Shown here: one piece after another, positions 1-9,595 of the stretch
Numbering within the stretch: the first letter of the stretch is position 1
Layout of the letters: the number at the start of each line of letters is the position of its first letter
Virus record (IMG/VR): IMGVR_UViG_2643221568_000002
Span: 12,333-76,332 of that record
Length of the DNA: 64,000 nucleotides
Strand: one strand, 5' to 3'
Origin: a virus
Taxonomy: Duplodnaviria > Caudoviricetes
Program-made: the position numbers and the translations under genes
The notes under the pieces: model-generated
The model's database searches: none
What the model saw: the letters and a program-made list of their open reading frames with translations, nothing else
Told to the model about the DNA's origin: nothing

Positions 1-1
1 A

Positions 2-304
2 TAGGCACTGTCCTTTTGGGGCCACCATTGTCTCGATGTGAGCGTTGCGCACCGTCTCGCCCATGCCGATCGCTGCCGAGACGCTTCCGCCCGGCGAGGA
101 GAGCACCACCATCGAGATTTCAGGAAGTGAAGCGATCATGCCTGCCAGGACCAATTCATCCTGTGGACGAATGTCGCCGGTGCCAAGGATATACTGCTTC
201 TCGTCGCCGATCTTGCCGACGGAAAAATCCATGGAAAATCCGGGCTGTGCTGTCACTAAAAAGGAGAAAAGAGCGCATGTAGTAAGGTATGGTGCATTAA
301 TCAT
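2..304 (-). CDS. Exported ClpP/crotonase-like (COG3904-type) protein, N-terminal part; runs off the window start
   Basis: Hand translation MINAPYLTTCALFSFLVTAQPGFSMDFSVGK...VLSSPGGSVSAAIGMGETVR...GQCL; signal-peptide-like N-terminus, SPGG motif, GAGGTG RBS upstream; absent from the ORF track because it has no stop in the window. Confidence 0.6.
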   Translation of the reverse strand, partial: MINAPYLTTCALFSFLVTAQPGFSMDFSVGKIGDEKQYILGTGDIRPQDELVLAGMIASLPEISMVVLSSPGGSVSAAIGMGETVRNAHIETMVAPKGQCL

Positions 305-337
305 CTCTTAATTATCACCTCTTCGCTACTTGTCTTT

Positions 338-352
338 GTTCCCTCTCTGTTC
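338..352. promoter_or_regulatory. Alphaproteobacterial LexA (SOS) box
   Basis: GTTC-CCTCTCT-GTTC is an exact GTTC-N7-GTTC consensus, intergenic, just downstream of the repressor gene. Confidence 0.65.
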
Positions 353-367
353 CATTGTGTACTTAGG

Positions 368-568
368 TTGAGGGATAGATCTGTGCGCATATCCATGCTG
401 GTTGAGACGTTAAATTCGCTTTCTGTTGAAGAGAAGCAGGCATGCATTTCGAAGTTCAAGAACGCGAATTCCGAAGGATCTTTAAAAGCCCCTCGCGCGT
501 CTCAGGAGAGCCTTCCAGAAGGGAAAGTATCTCCGCAGTCTCAGGCGACATCTCGATCCCATAAATGA
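368..568 (+). CDS. Small ORF behind the LexA box, partly antisense to the repressor (candidate antirepressor)
   Basis: 66-aa ORF starting 16 nt after the LexA box; function inferred from position only. Confidence 0.3.
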   Translation: MRDRSVRISMLVETLNSLSVEEKQACISKFKNANSEGSLKAPRASQESLPEGKVSPQSQATSRSHK

Positions 569-758
569 TCTGGGACAGAGTGACGTCTAGCACCTTGCAG
601 ACCGCGACCAGGTTGTCGACGGTGGGGTCTTTCCCCTCTTTTAGGATCGAGTGAACATACCCCTGGCCTTTGCCGGCAGCTAATGACACCTCGCGCGCAG
701 ACATGCCGCGCCGATCCATAGCGTCGCGAAGACGCGCTCTCCAGTCCGCATTATCCAT
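456..758 (-). CDS. XRE-family HTH prophage repressor (CI-like, no peptidase domain)
   Basis: MDNADWRARLRDAMDRRGMSAREVSLAAGKGQGYVHSILKEGKDPTVDNLVAVCKVLDV is an HTH_3 pattern; divergent from a cro-like gene; start re-placed at ATG 758. Confidence 0.85.
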   Translation of the reverse strand: MDNADWRARLRDAMDRRGMSAREVSLAAGKGQGYVHSILKEGKDPTVDNLVAVCKVLDVTLSQIIYGIEMSPETAEILSLLEGSPETREGLLKILRNSRS

Positions 759-764
759 GCGGGG

Positions 765-839
765 AATATCCTCTATTTCGGATATTTTCGCACGTCCTTC
801 ATAGCGAGCGGTTGACGTGTCCTCTATCGAGGATATATT
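765..839. promoter_or_regulatory. Immunity region: two palindromic operators and a rightward promoter
   Basis: AATATCC-TCTATTTC-GGATATT (765-786) and TGTCC-TCTATCGA-GGATAT (818-836) share TCC-N8-GGATAT; TTGACG (812-817) and TATATT (834-839) overlap the second operator. Confidence 0.65.
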
Positions 840-848
840 GCTCTCATC

Positions 849-1085
849 ATGACTGAACAAAGCGCAGATCTCCTCTCGAAAATTGATAAGTTCCTGTCCG
901 ATACCGGTATGGGGGCGTCCTACTTCGGCAAACGCGCTGTGGGTAACTCTGAGCTGGTCGGGCGCTTGCGCAGCGGCGGGCAGGTCTATCTCGATACCGG
1001 CGCGAAGGTCGACGAGTTCATTGAGAGAGAACGGAAGCGCCGCAATGTCCCAGAACGGACCTCTGAAAAGGAGGCAGCGCTGTGA
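849..1085 (+). CDS. Cro-like DNA-binding protein
   Basis: LLSKIDKFLSDTGMGASYFGKRAVGNSELVGRLRSG is typical of alphaproteobacterial phage Cro-like proteins; divergent from the repressor. Confidence 0.75.
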   Translation: MTEQSADLLSKIDKFLSDTGMGASYFGKRAVGNSELVGRLRSGGQVYLDTGAKVDEFIERERKRRNVPERTSEKEAAL

Positions 1086-1330
1086 CAGGTGTAACCGGCG
1101 ACGACCTCCCAGAGCTGTTGCAGCAGAAGCACGATGATCTTGTGCGCGAGCTGAGCGCCCGCGCCATTGCTGACTGCATCGTGCCGGTGCCGCTGGAATA
1201 CGCGAACCGCTTTTGGCCTGCGTCCGACATGGACGCCTTGGCTCAGCACGAACTGGAAGGCCGCTGCCGCCATCATCCACACCGCGTGTTCGACCGGAAC
1301 CGCTATGCAAAGTCGGAGACGCGCCCATGA
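1082..1330 (+). CDS. Hypothetical phage protein
   Basis: GTGA overlap with the cro stop, GGAGG RBS. Confidence 0.55.
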   Translation: MTGVTGDDLPELLQQKHDDLVRELSARAIADCIVPVPLEYANRFWPASDMDALAQHELEGRCRHHPHRVFDRNRYAKSETRP

Positions 1331-1962
1331 CCGTCATCCCGTTCCCATCCTCGCCAGCACTCCCGCCGAGTGTTGGCCGTGGTCCCGAGGCATCAGGTAG
1401 TGCGTCCGCCTCGGGCAATTCCCTCCTTTCAAAGTTCCTGCGGAACATACGACAGGCCATGATCGCGGTTTCTGTCCGCAACAACCCTTGCCGCCTGATT
1501 GCCCTGTCGTCGCTCCGCACCGCCTCTACCCCTCTCGATCGGGTTGTCTTCGGTTTTGCCGAAGAAGAACCCCTACGTTTCGACATTGCACCGAAACGTA
1601 GCGGCGGTTCCGCAGGAAAAATCCCGCAGATATGCGGGTATGGCCCCGCAACGCAGTTCGACGTTGAAGGCCTTATAGCCTGGCTCAGACGCACGTTCCC
1701 TCGAGCCACGACGCATCACGTCGAGGCAAAGACGGGAATTCCCGCAGCCAGCGTTGAGAATTGGCTGCACCGGCGCTCTCAGCCGTCGGTGCATCATTTT
1801 TCCCTTCTGATTTCTGTCTTCGGCCCATCACTCCTGGAATCGTGTTTCGAAACGCCTCCGGTCTGGGTGAGTGACGCCGTGACGTTGGAACGTCGCCGAG
1901 AAATCGACGACCAGATAATGCGCCTTCAGCGTGAGCGCGCCAAATTTGGCGAGGTCGCGTGA
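1327..1962 (+). CDS. HTH-containing regulatory protein (CII position)
   Basis: ATGA overlap; C-terminal HTH-like TTHHVEAKTGIPAASVENWLHRRSQPS. Confidence 0.55.
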   Translation: MTVIPFPSSPALPPSVGRGPEASGSASASGNSLLSKFLRNIRQAMIAVSVRNNPCRLIALSSLRTASTPLDRVVFGFAEEEPLRFDIAPKRSGGSAGKIPQICGYGPATQFDVEGLIAWLRRTFPRATTHHVEAKTGIPAASVENWLHRRSQPSVHHFSLLISVFGPSLLESCFETPPVWVSDAVTLERRREIDDQIMRLQRERAKFGEVA

Positions 1963-2249
1963 TGGCAGGGCAATCGACTTCAGTCAGTTCATTGATCCGC
2001 GAAGCGGAAGAACGTCAGCTGCAGGAGGTGGTGGCAGGGGCTCGCACACCATCCCTCAGTGTAGAGCAGATCCGGCAACGGCTGGACGAAATGATCCGAA
2101 GCAAGAGCGGCTGGATACAGCGCTTTTCTGAGGGTCGCAGCAAACGTCCCGATCATGAGATCGTCAAGGCACGCGCTCAACTCGCCGCACTGGTGCAGGC
2201 CAAAGACCTTCTCAAGGGGGACCGAAATGCACCAGACCGCGGAGGATGA
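1959..2249 (+). CDS. Hypothetical phage protein
   Basis: Coupled ORF in the early operon. Confidence 0.6.
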   Translation: MMAGQSTSVSSLIREAEERQLQEVVAGARTPSLSVEQIRQRLDEMIRSKSGWIQRFSEGRSKRPDHEIVKARAQLAALVQAKDLLKGDRNAPDRGG

Positions 2250-2643
2250 CCGGCAAAAGGTCAGCTACCACGCCGTTGCGCGTTACGTGCAACACATACT
2301 GCTCATTGATCTACCGCAGGAGTTTTTGACCGAGAAAGCGAAGGCGCAAGCCTTGGCGGATGCGGCTGGCTTCACTGTTGCAGAGATCAGGGGCCTAATT
2401 TGGACGAAGGGCATGGCTGCCGCGTCTGCCCTTGGACTTGAGACTTTCGGGAACCGTGAGTTCTCGGCCCGGATCGCTCAGCCCGAAGGTGTCGTCGTGA
2501 CGGTCTATCTGCCAAGGCCAAGGCCGTTTGGCAAGCTCAGGATCCTTTCAGAAACAGAGCTGAAGCACAGGACGAGCCGCATCGCTCGCCGTGAAAAAGC
2601 ACGTCTCGCAACAAGGCAAAGTCTCGAAGAGGTCGAACAGTGA
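2227..2643 (+). CDS. Hypothetical phage protein
   Basis: AAGGGGG RBS before ATG 2227; VSYHAVARY...VVVTV pattern resembles RelE-like folds (weak). Confidence 0.55.
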   Translation: MHQTAEDDRQKVSYHAVARYVQHILLIDLPQEFLTEKAKAQALADAAGFTVAEIRGLIWTKGMAAASALGLETFGNREFSARIAQPEGVVVTVYLPRPRPFGKLRILSETELKHRTSRIARREKARLATRQSLEEVEQ

Positions 2644-3035
2644 CGAACACCGTAACATTCACGCTTGAGAATGGGCACGCCCCAATATTGAGGGACGCGG
2701 CGCGGCGATTGACCGCCGACGCGATGGGTAAGGCCCACAAGCCCCGTGATCCTCTTCAGGCAGAGGCGTTCGACCGTGACGAGACCGGAGAGACGAAGGT
2801 CGAAACGGTAGCCGCTGCCGAGCTGCGCCAGATCATTGAGCGCGTCGAGCGCCTGGAAGAAGAAAAGGCCGCTATCAGCAGCGACATCAAGGACGAGCTT
2901 GGTAATGCGAAAGGCCGAGGCTACGACACGAAGGCCATCCGCACCATCATCCGACTTCGCAAGAAGGATGCCAACGAGCGCCTCGAGGAGGAGAGCATTC
3001 TCCAAACCTACATGGCCGCGCTAGGGATGGAGTGA
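2640..3035 (+). CDS. gapR: GapR/DUF2312 family nucleoid-associated protein
   Basis: [27 protein letters not shown]...[21 protein letters not shown]...[15 protein letters not shown] is the DUF2312 signature. Confidence 0.9.
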   Translation: MTNTVTFTLENGHAPILRDAARRLTADAMGKAHKPRDPLQAEAFDRDETGETKVETVAAAELRQIIERVERLEEEKAAISSDIKDELGNAKGRGYDTKAIRTIIRLRKKDANERLEEESILQTYMAALGME

Positions 3036-3040
3036 GGGAC

Positions 3041-3649
3041 ATGTCAGCCCACTGGACCGATATGACCTCCGCCGAGCGGTGCGTCGCCATCGCCGAGGTT
3101 TACCCTTCCACCAAAGGGACCGGCAGAACGATCGCTGAAGCGCTCTCATCCCGATTCAAGGTGCAGATCACGCGCAGCTCTGTCATCTCAATGTACGCCC
3201 GCCACGCCGATAAGCTCACGGCGGTTCCCCTAAGCGGGAAACCAAGGCCCACCTCTGGCGGGGTGTCCGCACCGGCCAAGCCAGCAGCGAAGAAGATTAG
3301 GAGGCCATCGGCCCTGATGGTCGCCAGCGGTATGCAGTTTGTGTCGCCAAAGCCTAAGCCTGTGCCGGCGCCTAAGCGCGTTGACCAGTCCGTACCCGTG
3401 CGCCGTGCGGCTCAACCAGCGCTTCCTGAAGTCGCTTCGTTGTCGGTGCCGGTGCCGAAAAACATTCTGCTCTATCAGCTCAATCACTGCGATTGCCGCT
3501 GGCCCGTCAGTGGGGACAGGGAGAAGACACTCTTCTGTGCCCATCCCACGCGGCTCGAGTCTCCATATTGCGATTTCCACGCGACACTCTCCGTCGGGGA
3601 AGGCTCCAGGGCTGAGAGATCAGCAGTGCCAGCGAGGTTGATGCGATGA
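3041..3649 (+). CDS. gcrA: GcrA-family cell-cycle regulator homologue
   Basis: N-terminal HTH-like IAEALS...ITRSSVIS and C-terminal LNHCDCRWPVSGD...LFCAHP...SPYCDFH GcrA motif. Confidence 0.8.
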   Translation: MSAHWTDMTSAERCVAIAEVYPSTKGTGRTIAEALSSRFKVQITRSSVISMYARHADKLTAVPLSGKPRPTSGGVSAPAKPAAKKIRRPSALMVASGMQFVSPKPKPVPAPKRVDQSVPVRRAAQPALPEVASLSVPVPKNILLYQLNHCDCRWPVSGDREKTLFCAHPTRLESPYCDFHATLSVGEGSRAERSAVPARLMR

Positions 3650-4521
3650 ATGCACCGACGCGTCCAGTGCTGCGATGGCATGGAGGGAAGTGGTTGCTTG
3701 CACCATGGATCATTTCGCATTTCCCCAAGCATCGCATCTATGTTGAGCCGTACGGTGGGGCTGCTTCAGTTTTGTTGCGTAAGCAGACTGTTTTCTCCGA
3801 GATCTACAACGACCTCGATGGAGAGGTAGTCTCTCTTTTCAGAGTGCTGCGAGACAAAGGGCAGGCGGCTGAGCTTGTCCGAATGCTCGAGCTGACCCCT
3901 TTCGCGCGGGAGGAATTTGACGGGTCATACGAACAGTCAGATTGTGTTGTCGAAAGAGCGAGAAGGCTTGTCGTCAGATCCTACATGGGATTTGGCTCTG
4001 ATTCCGCGCACACCAGCGGAACTACCGGGTTTCGTGCTCAGAGCCCTCAGTCATGCAGGTCGCCCGAGAAGGATTGGCGCAATTATCCACCGAAGCTGGC
4101 GGCAACCATCGAGCGCCTGCGCGATGTTGTAATCGAGAACCGCCCAGCTACGGAAATCATGGCGCGGCATGACAGCTTGGACACGCTGCACTATGTCGAT
4201 CCGCCTTACATGCCTGAGACACGATCAAACAAATCTCGAAAAGGTGGCGCGTCTTATCACTCATACCGGTTCGAGCTGAGCACAAGTGACCACGTCGATC
4301 TCCTCGCCTTCCTCAGAGGGTTGAAGGGGATGGTGGTTTTGTCGGGGTATCCGACAGCTCTCTATGACGAAAGCCTTCCAGGTTGGCACAGATTAGAAAA
4401 GAACGCTTTCGCAGACGGCGCCGCGAAGCGCACGGAGGTGCTTTGGCTCAATAGGTCGTGTTTGGATCGTCTTCAACAGCGCTCGCTTCCTCTCCTCCAT
4501 GACTTGGAGGCTGCCGAGTGA
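3646..4521 (+). CDS. D12-class N6-adenine DNA methyltransferase (Dam-like)
   Basis: LRWHGGKW, YVEPYGGAASV, YNDLD and DPPY motifs. Confidence 0.92.
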   Translation: MNAPTRPVLRWHGGKWLLAPWIISHFPKHRIYVEPYGGAASVLLRKQTVFSEIYNDLDGEVVSLFRVLRDKGQAAELVRMLELTPFAREEFDGSYEQSDCVVERARRLVVRSYMGFGSDSAHTSGTTGFRAQSPQSCRSPEKDWRNYPPKLAATIERLRDVVIENRPATEIMARHDSLDTLHYVDPPYMPETRSNKSRKGGASYHSYRFELSTSDHVDLLAFLRGLKGMVVLSGYPTALYDESLPGWHRLEKNAFADGAAKRTEVLWLNRSCLDRLQQRSLPLLHDLEAAE

Positions 4522-5297
4522 CCGCAGAGCCTCGCATCGTCTGCCGGTTCTCTTGTGGCGCAGCCTCGGCTGTGGCCACGAAACTTACGTTGGCACAAGT
4601 CGACCGCGACCGCGTCGTTATCACCTACAGCGACCCTGGGAGCGAGCACCCCGACAACAAGCGGTTCCTGGCTGATTGCCAGCGCTGGTTCAATCACCCA
4701 ATCGAGACACTGCGGTCGACGGAGTATCGCGACACTTGGGATGTGTTCGAAAAAGAGAGGTTTCTTGTCGGCCATCAAGGCGCAAAATGCACTGGTGTTC
4801 TCAAGCGTGCCCCCACCTACGAGTTTCAGCAGCCAGGTGACATCCTTGTTTTCGGATACACGATCGAGGAAACGGCCCGTGCGCAATCATTTCGAGACCA
4901 AAACTTCGAGCAACCTCTCATCACCCCGTTGATCGACGCAAATCTAACGAAAGCGGACTGCTTAGCGATAATTGAGAGAGCAGGTATCGATCTCCCTGCG
5001 ATGTATCGGCTTGGCTACCACAACAACAATTGCATAGGCTGCGTGAAAGGCGGAATGGGCTACTGGAATAAGATCCGGCGCGATTTTCCTGAAGTTTATG
5101 AGCGTATGGCTGCCCTCCAACGTGAACTTGGTCCAGGCTCATTCTTCTGGCGTGAACGCGATACGAAGGAAAGGATCAGCCTCGATGCGCTAGCACCGGA
5201 TCGCGGCAACCACAGAGAAGAGCCGAGCATTGAGTGCTCACTCTTATGCCACCAGGCCGAGGCGATAATTGCCGACGATGATTGCGAGGCTGCATGA
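4518..5297 (+). CDS. Phage PAPS-reductase-family (adenine nucleotide alpha hydrolase) protein
   Basis: FSCGAASAVA PP-loop-like motif; EHPDNKRFL; YRLGYHNNNCIGCVKGGMGYW. Confidence 0.8.
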   Translation: MTAEPRIVCRFSCGAASAVATKLTLAQVDRDRVVITYSDPGSEHPDNKRFLADCQRWFNHPIETLRSTEYRDTWDVFEKERFLVGHQGAKCTGVLKRAPTYEFQQPGDILVFGYTIEETARAQSFRDQNFEQPLITPLIDANLTKADCLAIIERAGIDLPAMYRLGYHNNNCIGCVKGGMGYWNKIRRDFPEVYERMAALQRELGPGSFFWRERDTKERISLDALAPDRGNHREEPSIECSLLCHQAEAIIADDDCEAA

Positions 5298-5644
5298 CGC
5301 GCATCCCATCATCGGAATACAAGAAAGACATTAAGGCCAAGAAGCGCACCACGATGGCGCGCCGCAACGCCAAGCGCGACGCAGCAGAGCCCGAGATTGT
5401 GAGGGCGCTTGAAGCTCTCGGCATGTCCGTCTTCCTCCTGCATGAGCCAACCGATGCCCTCGTGGGCTTTCGGGGCATCACGCATGTCGTCGAGTTCAAG
5501 TCCGGCCACACGGGTTACGGGAAAGCGCTCAACGACAACCAGCAGGCCTTCGCCAACGAATGGCGAGGCTCTGCCGTGGTCACTCTCCACAGCCGCGACG
5601 AGGCCATCGCCTGGGCGCAGCAGATCAGCAGGGGGCAGCCATGA
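5294..5644 (+). CDS. VRR-NUC-like PD-(D/E)xK nuclease
   Basis: KRDAAEPEIVRALEALG...PTDALVGFRG...VEFKS...LNDNQQAF...W. Confidence 0.65.
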   Translation: MTRIPSSEYKKDIKAKKRTTMARRNAKRDAAEPEIVRALEALGMSVFLLHEPTDALVGFRGITHVVEFKSGHTGYGKALNDNQQAFANEWRGSAVVTLHSRDEAIAWAQQISRGQP

Positions 5645-5859
5645 GCAACAGCAGGCTGGAACAAGCCGTTGCCGAGCTGGTGAAGCACGAGATTGAGCAA
5701 TTCGCGGAGTGGTGCGCCAAGGAGTGGACCATCACGCCGGAAGTTTTCTCCCGCGAGAACGTCGTTGACACAAAACCGGAGGGCTACCGCGAGGGCTACA
5801 ACACTGCCCTTGAAGGCCTGCCGCTGGCGCTCGAGCACTACTTGGAGGGCAAGCATTGA
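5641..5859 (+). CDS. Hypothetical phage protein
   Basis: ATGA overlap with the upstream stop. Confidence 0.55.
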   Translation: MSNSRLEQAVAELVKHEIEQFAEWCAKEWTITPEVFSRENVVDTKPEGYREGYNTALEGLPLALEHYLEGKH

Positions 5860-6602
5860 CGCGCTCCCTTGATGAACAGGAAATCCGGAACGCCGTCGTG
5901 GCTCGCCTGCGAGAACTGGTGCCTGGCTATCGCATTGTCCACGAGCTGAATGTCGCGGGGCAGGGGTCTAACCGCATCGACGTCGCCGCGATCGGTACCG
6001 AGCATATCGTCGGCGTGGAAATCAAATCGCGCAAGGACGTGCTGAAGCGGCTGGACGAGCAGTGGAAGGCGTTCAACAGAGTTTGCCATCTCGTAATCGT
6101 CGCCGCCCATGAGAAGCACTTCGCTGATTACAGACAAGATGGATGGCGCGCTGATGTGCCGTCGGAGCGCCACCTCAACCATCCTCTATTCTTCGGGCAT
6201 CCAAGAGGTCGCAAGAAGGTATGGCATTTTCCACGCCCAGATTACGAGGCAATGGACTACTACCGGCGTCGCGATGCCGATGATTGGCGCTTTGATCGCT
6301 TTAGAGATCTGATGCGCATTCCCCACGCCACAGAGATGCTCGACATGCTTTGGGCCGCGGAGCTTCAGGCTGAATGCTGGCGGCACCGCGTCTCATGCAC
6401 GTCACGCTCTACTCGGCCCGACATGATCCGCGCCTTGGCTTGGAACCTTACCGGCAAGGAGGTCACCCACGCGGTCTGCCGCCAGCTGCGCCAGCGATCG
6501 TTCGCTGAAGCCGATGCCCCAATTTACCCTGACCAGCCTGCGCCGGCACCACAGCCGGCGCAGGAGCCGCTTTCTCTGCCATTTGAAGGGACGCCAGCAT
6601 GA
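5856..6602 (+). CDS. PD-(D/E)xK nuclease-like protein (sce7726/MmcB-like)
   Basis: RIVHELNV...RIDVAAI...GVEIKSRKDVLKRL motif. Confidence 0.65.
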   Translation: MTRSLDEQEIRNAVVARLRELVPGYRIVHELNVAGQGSNRIDVAAIGTEHIVGVEIKSRKDVLKRLDEQWKAFNRVCHLVIVAAHEKHFADYRQDGWRADVPSERHLNHPLFFGHPRGRKKVWHFPRPDYEAMDYYRRRDADDWRFDRFRDLMRIPHATEMLDMLWAAELQAECWRHRVSCTSRSTRPDMIRALAWNLTGKEVTHAVCRQLRQRSFAEADAPIYPDQPAPAPQPAQEPLSLPFEGTPA

Positions 6603-7222
6603 GCCGCCGTACCATGCCCTATCACCGCCGATACCACGGCGACGCGCTGCAAGGATATCGCAAGCTCACACTGGAGCAGCGTGGCGCGTACACGACGATC
6701 CTCGACCTGATCTACGATGAAGGTGGCCCAATCGATCGCAATGAGCGCTGGCTCGCCGGTGAGCTGAATTGCTCTCTCCGGAAGGCTAAGGTTCTCCTCG
6801 ACGAGTTGATCCAGTTGCGCAAAATCTGCGTCACCGTTGGTGGAAAACTGAGCAATCATCGTGCCGAAAGTGAGATAGAAAATTCGCTGAAAATCTCGCG
6901 AAAACGCGCTGAAAACGGATCGAAACGGAAAGATAATTCAAACGATAAACCGAAATCGTCCAATAAATTCAATGATCCAGTCAAGCAATTGCTGAACAAT
7001 TGCGCTGTAATACCAGTACCAGAGCCATATAAGAATAATAATAGCTCTTCGGAGTATGAGGATAGGAGGGCAAGGAGGGAACAGGTTCTAGCCGTTCCCG
7101 ATGAGCCTCCACCAATCACAGCATCGCATCGATTGATCAGCAGCCTGGACGGAAGAACCGGATCGGGTGCAGCCGCAGCTCAAGCCGCTCGTCGAGCGAG
7201 GTCGGGAGGGCGTTTGTGGTGA
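6599..7222 (+). CDS. DUF1376/YdaU-family replication initiation protein
   Basis: MPYHRRYHGDALQGYRKLTLEQRGAYTTILDLIYD...LSNHRAESEI. Confidence 0.75.
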   Translation: MSRRTMPYHRRYHGDALQGYRKLTLEQRGAYTTILDLIYDEGGPIDRNERWLAGELNCSLRKAKVLLDELIQLRKICVTVGGKLSNHRAESEIENSLKISRKRAENGSKRKDNSNDKPKSSNKFNDPVKQLLNNCAVIPVPEPYKNNNSSSEYEDRRARREQVLAVPDEPPPITASHRLISSLDGRTGSGAAAAQAARRARSGGRLW

Positions 7223-8037
7223 GCAAGAAGCCATCGAAGTCGGATGAGGTTTTGTCACCCCTAAAGCGGAAATCCGGCAATCGTGGAGTGTCGGCAAAGG
7301 CTGGTGGCAAGGTTGCAAATCCGAAGGTGCGGAAAGCAGGGGTTGAGAAGGATGCCGAGCCCAAGCCGGTGAAGTACGACAAGCGGTTCATCGGTCTGGC
7401 CAGGACGATGTTCCTCGCCAAGGTCTCCGACGAGGAGATCGCCGGCATCATCGGCATCGACGTCGAGGAGCTGGAGTGGTGGAAGGAAGAGCACCCCGAG
7501 TTCGGCAACGCGTTCCGGCCAGATCCGCGCAATTACGGCGGCAGGCCCACGGTCTGGGAAGATCGCAACATCACGATCGCTCAGTCGCTCGCCAGCCTCG
7601 GCGCCACGGACCTCGAGATCGCGCAGGCCTTCGAGGTCAGCATCCGCACGATCCACCGTTGGAAGCTGGACTATCCGGAGTTCCGCGAAGCGCTCGAGCT
7701 GGGCAAGGATGCAGCCGACAAGCGTGTCGAGACAAGCCTCTTCCAGCGTGCCACCGGCTATTCGTTCGACAGCGAGAAGATCGTCGTCATCGAGGGCGAG
7801 GCACAGCGCGTCGAGATCATCGAGCATGTCCCGCCCGACACCAAGGCGGCTATGTGGTGGCTGCAGAACCGGAAGCCCGACGCGTGGCGCGCCGTCCAGC
7901 ACATCAAGCACGATGTCGAGAAGGATAGTCCGCTTGGATCGTTCCTGAAGAAGATAGGCGGCAGCACATTCATGCCCGTGGAGGAGGATGCCACCACGCC
8001 CAACGCGTTCTCGCCCGTCGAAGAAGATGAGGCGTAA
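7216..8037 (+). CDS. terS: Terminase small subunit
   Basis: GRPT...LGATDLEIAQAFEVSIRTIHRWKLDYPEF...VETSLFQRATGY...PPDTKAAMWWLQNR; directly upstream of terL. Confidence 0.85.
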   Translation: MVSKKPSKSDEVLSPLKRKSGNRGVSAKAGGKVANPKVRKAGVEKDAEPKPVKYDKRFIGLARTMFLAKVSDEEIAGIIGIDVEELEWWKEEHPEFGNAFRPDPRNYGGRPTVWEDRNITIAQSLASLGATDLEIAQAFEVSIRTIHRWKLDYPEFREALELGKDAADKRVETSLFQRATGYSFDSEKIVVIEGEAQRVEIIEHVPPDTKAAMWWLQNRKPDAWRAVQHIKHDVEKDSPLGSFLKKIGGSTFMPVEEDATTPNAFSPVEEDEA

Positions 8038-9584
8038 TGTACGAGCATCTTGCCGGTCTTACTGAAGAGCAGTTCCTCGAGAACCTGAAAGACCCGAACT
8101 GGCGCATCCGCAACCTCTATTACATCCTCGACAAGTTTCACCAGACCGTCGTGTTCAAGCCGAATGAGGCTCAGGACAAGTTCTTGAAGCGCATCTGGCA
8201 CAGGAACATCGTGCCGAAGGCCCGCCAGCGCGGCTTCTCAACCGTCATCCAGCTCCTGATCCTCGACGCTTGCCTGTTCAATCCAAACCAGCGTGCGGCA
8301 ATTATTGCCCAGGATCAGTTCACCGCTGGCAAGATCATGCGCAACAAGATCGAGTTTGCGTATGAGCGGCTGCCAGACTTCATCCGCCGTGACGTGAGCA
8401 TCGTGACTGACAACGTCGCTGAGAAGATCTTCAGCAACGGTTCGTCAATACAGGTGTCCACGTCTGCGCGTGGTGACACGCTCAATTGGCTCCACGTCTC
8501 AGAGTTCGGCATCATCTGCTTCGAGTCGCCGCAGAAGGCCGAGAAGATCGTAACCGGCGCGCTCGCGGCAGCCGGGCAGGGCATCACCTTCATCGAAAGC
8601 ACGGCGAAAGGCAGGGACGGCGCATACTACAAGATGGTCATGGAGGCGAAAGCCAATGCCGATTCCGGCAAACGCCTGTCTCGCCTCCAATACAGGCTGC
8701 ACTTCGCGTCGTGGTGGGATGCTGACGAGTATGAGGTTGATCCGACCGGCATCACGATCTCTGCGAAGGATGAAAAGTATTTCGACGAGCTGGAGCGCGA
8801 GATTGGCCGCGAGATATCGCCGCGCAAGCGCGCTTGGTATGTCGCGACCAGGCTGAACGACTATTCCGACGAAGACGAAATGATGTGGCAGGAGTACCCA
8901 TCAACCGTCGAAGAGGCATTCAAGGTTTCCACCGCCGGCGTGATCCTCGCCAAGCAGCTCACCAGAGCCCGAAGCGACGGGCGCATCACTCGCGTTCCGT
9001 GGCGGCCAAACCTCCCGGTCAACACGTTCTGGGACTTGGGCGTGGATGACGATATCGCCATCTGGTTCCACCAGTCCGTCGGCATGATGGACCACTGGAT
9101 CAATTACTTCGAATGCAGCAGCGAGCCCTACAGCTACGTCATCGCCGAGATGCAGAAGCACGGTTACGTGTGGGGGCATCACTTCCTGCCGCACGACGGA
9201 GACCAGCGTCGGCCAGGCGCTATCATCATCGAGACGCCGCGGCAGATGCTCGAGGGCCTCGGCCTCAAGAACGTCCACATCGTTCCCCGAACCACTGACC
9301 TGATGGCGATCGGCATGCCCGCGCTGAAGGATGACATGGTCAACTATGTCTTCGACGAGCAGAACTGCGCCAAGGGCATCCTTCATCTCGATAACTACCG
9401 GAAGTCTTGGAACACCAACATGGGCGTGTGGTCCGAGACGCCGGCAAAGAACGGCCACCAGCACGCCGCCGATGCGCTGCGCCAGAAGGCACAATACCGC
9501 GACGAGGTCGCGCGCCTGTGCGGCACTGTTACCGCTTCCTCCTCCTCATCGCGCCGTCGGGCGCGTGACCCCATGACCCTCTGA
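8037..9584 (+). CDS. terL: Terminase large subunit
   Basis: Walker A KARQRGFST, Walker B LHVSE, ESTA coupling motif, nuclease WDLG...LPHD...HAADA. Confidence 0.93.
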   Translation: MYEHLAGLTEEQFLENLKDPNWRIRNLYYILDKFHQTVVFKPNEAQDKFLKRIWHRNIVPKARQRGFSTVIQLLILDACLFNPNQRAAIIAQDQFTAGKIMRNKIEFAYERLPDFIRRDVSIVTDNVAEKIFSNGSSIQVSTSARGDTLNWLHVSEFGIICFESPQKAEKIVTGALAAAGQGITFIESTAKGRDGAYYKMVMEAKANADSGKRLSRLQYRLHFASWWDADEYEVDPTGITISAKDEKYFDELEREIGREISPRKRAWYVATRLNDYSDEDEMMWQEYPSTVEEAFKVSTAGVILAKQLTRARSDGRITRVPWRPNLPVNTFWDLGVDDDIAIWFHQSVGMMDHWINYFECSSEPYSYVIAEMQKHGYVWGHHFLPHDGDQRRPGAIIIETPRQMLEGLGLKNVHIVPRTTDLMAIGMPALKDDMVNYVFDEQNCAKGILHLDNYRKSWNTNMGVWSETPAKNGHQHAADALRQKAQYRDEVARLCGTVTASSSSSRRRARDPMTL

Positions 9585-9595
9585 AAGGCATCGAC

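Noticed and set aside
759-1709. N-terminal 317 aa of the 417-aa minus-strand ORF
   Set aside because: Runs antisense through cro and two other plausible genes and across the operators; only 456-758 looks like a real repressor
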